The notes under the pieces: model-generated
Told to the model about the DNA's origin: nothing
Database searches by the model: none
Seen by the model: only the letters and a program-made list of their open reading frames with translations
Shown: one piece after another, positions 56,504 to 64,000 of the stretch
How the letters are laid out: the number at the start of each line of letters is the position of its first letter
Position numbering within the stretch: position 1 is the stretch's first letter
From: Podarcis bocagei
Taxonomy: Eukaryota
Assembly: GCA_964188305.1 (NCBI GenBank)
Contig: OZ076894.1
DNA: 64,000 nt
Reading direction: 5' to 3' (one strand)
Translations under genes and position numbers: made by a program

Positions 56504-56607
56504 AGTCTTCGAGCAACACACCTATTGGATTGCAATTAAACACAGTATCTTAAGTGTACAAAAGCTACATGCCAGTGGTTCCCAACCTGTGAGTGATTGC
56601 TCTCCTC

Positions 56608-57030
56608 TAGGGATGGGGAGGAAATTTGATTCAGTCCCATTAAGATTAATTGACCTAATTCGCACTTTCTGAAACAATGCACAAACCAGAGCACAGCCCT
56701 ACTTTGGAATTTGCACATGTCTGGATTTTGAGATGCAGTTGACTCTGGAAATGTGGACAAAAATGGCAGCACTGGGGTGAAGTGTGCATAAGAATGCATA
56801 TATTAATGACAACAACATAAAAATGCATCGCATGAGGGGCAATTGTTTTGAAAAAATTGTGTGAGGAGAAATAGCATACAAAAATGTGCATATCAGGAGA
56901 AATTTGTACTAAAATGCTTAGAAATGTTTGTGAGAACTTAAAAAAAAATCGCATGCTGATGCAGAAATATAGAGAACTGAATTTTAAGATTGGAAAAACG
57001 AGAAACTGAAATTGACAAATTTGTCTTCTC
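56608..57030. repeat. Old interspersed repeat (diverged second copy at ~59020-59415)
   Basis: Shared motifs CATACAAAA, GGAGAAATTT, TTTAAGATTGGAAAAA. Confidence 0.6.
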
Positions 57031-57612
57031 TTCCTCCATCATTGGTTGAACTGCTGTGACATTACTTTCAAACTGCCAGAGTTTCAAAAGTGCATTTGAA
57101 TTACATTCTTTCCCTCAAAGAATTCTGGGTATTGCATACCCTTCAACATTTCTCCGATGAAAAATTGGACATCCTACCATACCCTCCAACATTTCTCTGA
57201 TTAAAATTGGGACATCCTAAGTGAAAACGGGACATTCTGGGATCAAAGCAGAAACTGGGATGGCTTCTGTAAATCTGGGACTGTCCCTGGAAAATAAGGG
57301 CACTTGGAGGGTCCGGAGATACACCTCTTTGCCTGACGTTTGACATCTAAGGTATATTAGTTTAGGACCCACCCTATTCTTCCAACTGTAAATTGTTTTA
57401 ACTCATTTTTATACCGCATTCTTATATAACCTGCCCTGGGATCTTATGGTGAACAGAGAGCATGAAATCTAACAAATCACCATGATAAATGGGGCCCATT
57501 CATGACTAACTTCTGAGTGATCTTCTTACATACAAGCTGAAGAGGAGATGTTTTGGTCAATATGCCTGTACGTAAATAGAAATTCATGAAAATTAAGAGG
57601 GGGGAAACATAC

Positions 57613-57991
57613 CTTAATCCCAATGCCTGCTATAGAGAGGGCTTCTTCTACCTTTGAAGCCTTGATGGGATGTCTACTTGATTTCGGAGGTTGGTTTTTC
57701 CTGCTAGCTGTATGCATTTATAAGACAGCTGTTAATTCTCAAGTGCTTCCAAGACAGCTTTTTACACTCCGGACTGAATAAATGATCTCTGGAGGTTTAA
57801 CAAGATGAGCATTCTCTTCTAGATAAAGTCACCGTGGAGAAAAAGGGAAGCTTTACCCCTTTTTTTGCTCCCTGTATGTGAAGCATCTGGTTTATTTACT
57901 CGATGTTGCTCTGAGAGATCTTAAGAGCCTTCCCATGTGACAAGGAAAGACAGCAAACTGAAATGGATTAGGATTACTTGCAGGAGGATTA
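57613..57991 (-). promoter_or_regulatory. Candidate PPEF2 promoter and non-coding exon 1 (donor after 57613, TATAAA 57722-57717, three TAATCC sites 57965-57991)
   Basis: AAG|gtatgt donor on - strand; TATA box ~105 nt upstream; E-boxes CAGCTG (57726) and CAGATG (57884); clustered CRX/OTX-type sites. Confidence 0.5.
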
Positions 57992-58006
57992 GGAACAAAG
58001 GATATA

Positions 58007-58477
58007 CCGTATTTTTCGCCCTATAGGACGCACTTTTCCCCCTCCAAAAATGAAGGGGAAATGTGTGTGTGTCCTATGGGGCGAATGCAGGCTTTCGCTG
58101 AAGCCTGGAGAGCGAGAGGGGTCGGTGCGCACAGGAAGCTGTGCGCAACCCTTGGGAGACTGGTGCGACTTCGCGCCGGTCTCCCAAGGGTTGCGCAGAG
58201 CTGCCTGCATTCCGAAGCCTGGGGAGCGCTGAAGAGTGCGCCCGGGCTTTGTGCAGCTCTCCGCAAGCCTGGGGAGACCGGCGCGACTTCCCGCCGGGCT
58301 CCCTAGGCTTGTGGATAGCAGGCTGTTCTGGGGGCTGGGGTCGGGGGAAGCTCGGGCTTCCCCCGCCCCAGCCCCGTGCCTGGGGGAAAATAAAATTTCT
58401 TTTTCTTTATTCCCCCCCCCAAAAAAACCCTAGGTGCATCCTATGGGGCAGTGCACCCTATGGGGCGAATAATACGG
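58007..58477. mobile_element. MITE family B with palindromic GC-rich interior
   Basis: TA|CCGTATTTTTCGCCC...GGGCGAATAATACGG|TA. Confidence 0.85.
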
Positions 58478-60081
58478 TAGTCCGTTGCCCTTTCTCATCT
58501 GAGGACCTGATCATGCACACCTCTGGACACTCCTCCTGTTTTTGAAACATCTGGCCTTCCAGATGTTGCCGAACTACAACTCCTCCTTTCCTTTCCTGCC
58601 TGTGAGGGGAGCACCCTGTTGCAACAGTTCAATAAAGATCAGGCTTACAAGCTACTTTGCTTCTCAATATTCTCTGGTTAGCCTGTTATTTTCTCTGATT
58701 GATGGAGAATTACAAAGGACTCTATAAGGGCTCTTGTGTTCCACAAAAGGGAATAAGGGCAGATTTTTGTTTATTACAACATTAACAGCACTTTTGACCC
58801 CGGAAGAGGGCAGAACAGGGACGGAACAGGGCACAATGGACAACACGGGTTTATGCCTGACTGCTGACGCACACAATTACCCAAAACACAACCCCTGCGC
58901 AAACAGAGTTGCCTGTACTTATGAGCCGCAGGCTGCAATGCCTTTATTTTCAATGGATTTATCTAGTCCTTTTTGAAGAGCTAGCTAAGACATTATCCAT
59001 TGCCACATCTTGTGGTACTTAAGACATGGGGGAAGAAATCCAATCAGTTTGCATTTAAAGGCAAACTTACTAAATTCTCACTTTCCAAAACAATACACAA
59101 ATCAAAACACAGCCATCCCTCAAAATTGGTACAGTTTTGCAACTCACCTCTCTAGCCAATAAATGCGTACTAGGGAAAGCATGTGCAAAAATGCATGTAA
59201 CAGTGAAAATAACACACAGTAATTCATTATCTTTGGGGAAATCGCTTGCAAAAACGTTTTGTTAGGCAAAACTGCATACAAAAAGCTGTTTATTGGGAGA
59301 AATTTTGCATTACAACGCTGACAAATTTTCATGGTCTGCAAATCTCTGCAGAAAAACGACAAGCTCGATTTAAGATTGGAAAAATAAATCTGCAGAACCA
59401 AAACGGACAGCTGCATCCAACTGCAGTGGTAAAATTCCACACTAGAAATATACTTAGGATGAATACTTTGTTTTGCTTGTCTAGGATTTGCTTCCAGCCC
59501 ATTTGTACGGACGCCTTCAATTTCTGCACTGTTTACCTCATTAGGCACTTGTTTAACACTAGTGAGTATAAACTGGGTCAGTGAAAAGCTCCCTTAACCC
59601 TCTTGGGGTTTAAAGCAGAGCGTGTTGGTAAGCAGGTAGCGACACTTCGGGTGAGATCTTGATCCTATTAAAGCCCATGGCAACATGTTTGTTGTTGACT
59701 TCAAAATACAATTTCACAGGCAAGGATTCTGGAGTGTGTGTGTATTTGTGGGGGGCGAGAAAGTATGTCTATGTCTGCTGCACTTTACCTTAGAAGCACA
59801 GAATTCACATCATTTTTAAAATATGAGATATGAAGTTCTAAAAAAACAGTCGCCCAGTTAAGACAGCATGGGATGAGAGACAGAAAGCCTGGTCACTGTA
59901 TCATTTGGTGAACTACAGGTAAATGTGTTGCAATGGGAACAAAATGGTTAGATAATCGCTTCTCAATACCGAACACTTTTGCATTCTAGTGAATAAGAAA
60001 AACCAAGCAGAAGGGAGCAGATATTTTTGCCATCCAGCTAAAAAATGAAAAATGATTTGCCACGTTCTGACAGATCCAATG

Positions 60082-60307
60082 CAGTGGTACCTCAGGTTAC
60101 ATACGCTTCAGGTTACAGACTCCGCTAACCCAGAAATAGTGCTTCAGGTTAAGAACTTTGCTTCAGGATGAGAACAGAAATTGCGCAGTGGCGGCGTGGC
60201 GGCAGTGGGAGGCCCCATTAGCTAAAGTGGTGCTTCAGGTTAAGTACAGTTTCAGGTTAAGAACGGACCTCCAGAACGAATTAAGTACTTAACCCGAGGT
60301 ACCACTG
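60082..60307. mobile_element. MITE family A
   Basis: CAGTGGTACCTC...GAGGTACCACTG|TA. Confidence 0.85.
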
Positions 60308-60534
60308 TACTTGAAATGTGCACATATATACAAGCAAGAATAACTCGCAAGATGTATCCCTTAACCTCATGTTCCTGTTTCAAGTCAGCTTCCCACCCTT
60401 TCAAATAGCACTTAGATCACCAAGTGAGCTGTGGGTTCAAGTCCCATGTTGGGTGAAAAATTCATGCATTGCAGGGGGCTGGACTAGATGACTATCATGG
60501 TCCCTTCCAACTCTACAATTTTATGATATCCACA

Positions 60535-61049
60535 GGGTGGCGCTGTGGTCTAAACCACTGAGCCTCTTGGGCTTGGCGATCAGAAGGTTGGCGGTTCGCA
60601 TCCCCACGATGGGGTGAGCTCCCATTGCTCTGTCCCAGCTCCTGCCAACCTAGCAGTTCGAAAGCACGCCAGTGCAAGTAGATAAATAGGTACTGCTGTG
60701 GCAGGAAGGTAAACGGCATTTCCATGCACTCTGGTTTCATAGAATCATAGAATAGAATCATAGAGTTGGAAGAGACCACAAGGGCCATCGAGTCCAACCC
60801 CCTGCCAAGCAGGAAACACCATCAGAGCACTCCTGACATATGGTTGTCAAGCCTCTGCTTAAAGACCTCCAAAGAAGGAGACTCCACCACACTCCTTGGC
60901 AGCATCACGGTGTCCTGTTGCACCAGCAGCAGTTGGCCACATGTCTGTGGACAAACGCCAGCTCCCTCGGCCTGAAAGCGAGATGAGCTCCACAACCCCA
61001 TAGTCGCCTTTGACTGGACTTAACTAGGGGTCCTTTACCTTTTTACCTT
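60535..61049 (+). mobile_element. Sauria SINE interrupted by a CR1 3' fragment (-, 60738-60903)
   Basis: (CATAGAAT)n CR1 tail inside the SINE body. Confidence 0.8.
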
Positions 61050-61199
61050 ACAAACATTCTTAATTTGCCGCATTGTGGAGGGGGACTGGGAACCACACAA
61101 AGAAGCAACTTGTTCAAAAGCTACTACTTTGTAAGTGTGAGTATTTTGTCAATATCCTCCTTTGCAGTTCCCAGAAATGGATGTGCTATACAGTGGTGG

Positions 61200-61353
61200 G
61201 CCTGGGATAGCTCAGTTGGTAGAGCACAGGACTCTTAATCTCAGGGTTGTGGGTTCGAGCCCCGTGTTGGGCAAAAGATTCCTGCATTGCAGGGGGTTGG
61301 ACTAGATGGCCCTCGTGGTCCCTTCCAACTCTATAATTCTATGATTCTATGAT
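61200..61353 (+). mobile_element. tRNA-Lys(CTT)-derived SINE with CR1-like tail
   Basis: Head resembles tRNA-Lys-CTT, followed directly by GGGGTTGGACTAGATG...(ATTCTATG)n. Confidence 0.8.
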
Positions 61354-61379
61354 CATAAATAAGGCAGGGATTCCAAGTA

Positions 61380-61594
61380 CAGTAGTACCTCAGGTTACAA
61401 ACGCTTCAAGTTACAGACTCCGCTAACTCGGAAGTAGTACCTCAGGTTAAGAACTTTACTGCAGGATGAGAACAGAAATTGTGCGGCGGCAGCGGGAGGC
61501 CCCATCAGCTAAAGTGGTACCTCAGGTTAAGAACAGTTTCAGGTTAAGAATGGACCTTCAAAACGAATTAAGTTCTTAACCCGAGGTACCACTG
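61380..61594. mobile_element. MITE family A
   Basis: TA TSD, TIRs as at 60082. Confidence 0.85.
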
Positions 61595-62849
61595 TATTAT
61601 ACGCACACACAAAAATCACATATACCCGAGCCCTTGGTGTCACCCTACGACTAGCGGATGAGGGGAGATATGGAACCCTTGTATTCGACAGCTGGTCTAC
61701 TGAGTGGGTCTCACCTTCATGTGAGAGGAAAGGCTTAAAAGCTCTTTCCACGCTGAGTAACCTCAACCATACCTGGCATGAAAAGAGCTTTTAAGCTCTC
61801 CACCGTGCTTGGATTTGACTTGTGCAATTTCAGCCAGCTGCATGTGGTTGAAATTGCGCAAGTTAAATGTGTGTAAGATGCAATTATACCGCTTTGGCTT
61901 TTTATGCTGCAGTATTACAAGGCTGGCTCTGGCTCAGAAACCACAGAGTCTTTGATACAGGATGAGAAGTAGGCGAGATAAGAGGGAGGGTGGGGGGAAG
62001 AAAACCACCACCACTTTAAAAATCCATTTATTTCAGTTCTGTCCTCATAGATCAACAACAAAACATTGTATTTCTGGGGGGAGGGGGACACAATAAAAAT
62101 AATTCATCAATTCATCAACTTCAGCTTCTGCTTACCAATCATTTTGCAAGAGCAGAAAAAAGGCACTAGTAAGCTGAAATGTTTTTGGTCTTATTTTGGG
62201 TGTAAGTCCGGTGCATTATTAATGGCTTTATACACTGGGAGGTGGGGGCTGCTGGGGTATCCTCAGTGAGTCTCCTTAGCCTACAAAAGGAGATGTGCAA
62301 AATGAGAATTTTCTTCTACAGCATCTTTCTAAAGTGTCCCATGCAAAGTGGAAAAAAAAACAGAGTTTGGGGGGCAGTGAATTGTTTGGCTACTTAGGAG
62401 CCCCAGCAAATGCTCAGTTCTATCATTTTCTGAAGTTTCAGCAAGCTCTCTGCATTTTTGTGCCTTCACAATCTGCTGAAAATCATACGAAGATGGAACT
62501 CATAACGCTCCACTCTGTTGCAGTTCTGTTTCTGTATGGTCAGCGCTCCTCTGTATATGAGGGAGGAATGATTTCAGGTTCTATACAGTCAACTGCACCC
62601 AGTGAGTGACCCTTTAACTCACAAATATTGTACAGGACAACACAGGCTGTTATTACAGCAGACACATTATCGTCAGCAACTGGGAGTTTGCATTTGAGGC
62701 AACATCAGCATCCCTTAAAGCAACCAAATCGTGCATCTATTAAAACCGTGGCTGAATAACATTTTTTTTGGGGGGGGGGCAACTCTATGATTCCATCAAC
62801 CCCTTCTTCTGTGAGGTATGTGTTTGCCACGAATTGGTACACCAGAGTT

Positions 62850-63070
62850 CCCAGGCACAGATACCCACATCCATTTCTTGGCAAGGTGCAGTTTACAGAA
62901 ATGAAGGCATCGCGGTTTTCGCCACTCCTGCTAACTTCCAGACTGATAAAAAGTTTACACTGGTGTCTGTTCCTTGTAATGGGAATGGAATGATAGTTTT
63001 TCCTATTAGCGTGTTGATCTGATTTGTCCTGGGATAGCATCTACCACACCGATGCAGTGGGGGAAGCCCC
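62850..63070 (-). pseudogene. Degraded PIF/Harbinger transposase fragment
   Basis: Across three frames: GFPHCIGVVD, NRKNYHSI, LQGT, FISLEVSRSGENRDAFI, matching Harbinger DDE motifs in the expected order. Confidence 0.7.
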
Positions 63071-63520
63071 TGCACAAAGACCAGAATAAAAGAAAGAAAG
63101 AAAACTAAAATCAGTGCCCTGCTACTGTTAGGCCAACATGCACCTGTAACACATGGCAATTCTGTAATGAGCTGCAACTTTTGGTAGGTTGTCTCCCAGC
63201 TGTGGGATGTGATCCATGAGAGGCAATCAAGTACAACATTCCTTGTAATGCTAGAGAAGACATGCAAGCGAATGTTTGGTCCAGCCAGTTGAAACTTCCT
63301 GGTCCTCTTGGCTGCAACATCCTTCCTTCTGCATGTGATAGAAGGTGGGTGTGACCTAACCTGTCCAGGTAACAAAAGGACAAGTCACACAGCACCCTTC
63401 CCTTCTTTTTGACTTCCTTCTTCGTTTGACCAGCTTTTAGTTAGGACTGCTCTGCTAGCTCTCAGCTAGCAGAAGCACTGGGATTATTCCCCCATATGGG
63501 GTAGATCCACATGTACATAT

Positions 63521-63792
63521 TTGGTCCAGCGCCGAGGGCCTTCTGGCGGTTCCCTCACTGCAAGAAGCCAAGTTACAGGGAACCAGGCAGAGGGCCTTCT
63601 TGGTAGTGGCACCCGCCCTGTGGAACGCCCTCCCACCAGATGTCAAAGAGAAAAACAACCACCAGACTTTTAGAAGACATCTGAAGGCAACCCTGTTTAG
63701 GGAAGCTTTTAATGTTTAACAGACCACTGTATTTTAATCTTTGTAGGAAGCCGCCCAGAGTGGCTGGGGAAACCCAGCCAGATGGGCAGGGT

Positions 63793-63832
<40 letters not shown>

Positions 63833-63873
63833 GTAATAATAGTAATAATAGTAATAATAGTAATAATAATAAT
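63521..63873 (+). mobile_element. L2-type LINE 3' fragment with compound (AAT)n/(AGTAATAAT)n tail
   Basis: Same family as 4266-4850. Confidence 0.85.
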
Positions 63874-64000
63874 TACTAAGTCTGCCTTCAGGAATCCAAC
63901 TGTGAACTGATGTGAGAAACTTCTTTTATTGACTTTGAATAAGATTGTGGCGCCTTTATTCTTTTAAGAGGGATTCAAGGAAACTTACCAGGAGCATAAA

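Noticed and set aside
56504-56521. Upstream GTG start giving [10 protein letters not shown]
   Set aside because: The GTG is the first codon after a splice acceptor; the ATG at 56503 gives the family-typical MG start.
61200-61273. tRNA-Lys(CTT)-like sequence
   Set aside because: Stem mismatches, no poly-T terminator, and it continues directly into a CR1-type tail; it is a SINE head.
62893-63375. 160-aa ORF with an apparent signal peptide and CxxC, considered as a CXC chemokine
   Set aside because: The hydrophobic stretch is a translated pyrimidine tract, cysteine spacing does not fit CXC chemokines, and other frames show Harbinger motifs.

Overview
Vertebrate (squamate, most likely lacertid lizard, judged from its SINE/LINE/MITE complement) genomic DNA, not prokaryotic; nearly all ORFs in the supplied track are spurious. 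Three spliced genes can be reconstructed exon by exon. (1) The last three coding exons of SCARB2/LIMP-2 (+, 1152-6509), followed by a ~4 kb repeat-poor 3' UTR. (2) A complete NUP54 (+, 14374-27913; 12 canonical exons plus an extra in-frame 162-nt FG-repeat exon; 554 aa with it, 500 aa without) behind a CpG-island promoter. (3) A complete PPEF2 (-, 56503-29985; 16 coding exons, 698 aa, all PPP catalytic motifs intact), tail-to-tail with NUP54, which differs from the human gene order as I recall it. Introns are dense with Sauria/Squam SINEs, L1/L2/CR1/RTE-X 3' fragments, Tc1/pogo and hAT MITEs, solo LTRs, a Penelope-like hairpin and a Harbinger transposase fossil, often nested. The most interesting candidates are: an unannotated-looking SCARB2 cassette exon that would replace the dileucine lysosomal-sorting tail (analogous to the SR-BI/SR-BII switch in SCARB1); the extra NUP54 FG exon; a stop-inserting NAGNAG acceptor and a GC-AG intron in PPEF2; and a CRX-site/TATA promoter with a non-coding first exon upstream of PPEF2. 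Comparisons with human proteins are from memory, not from a search.
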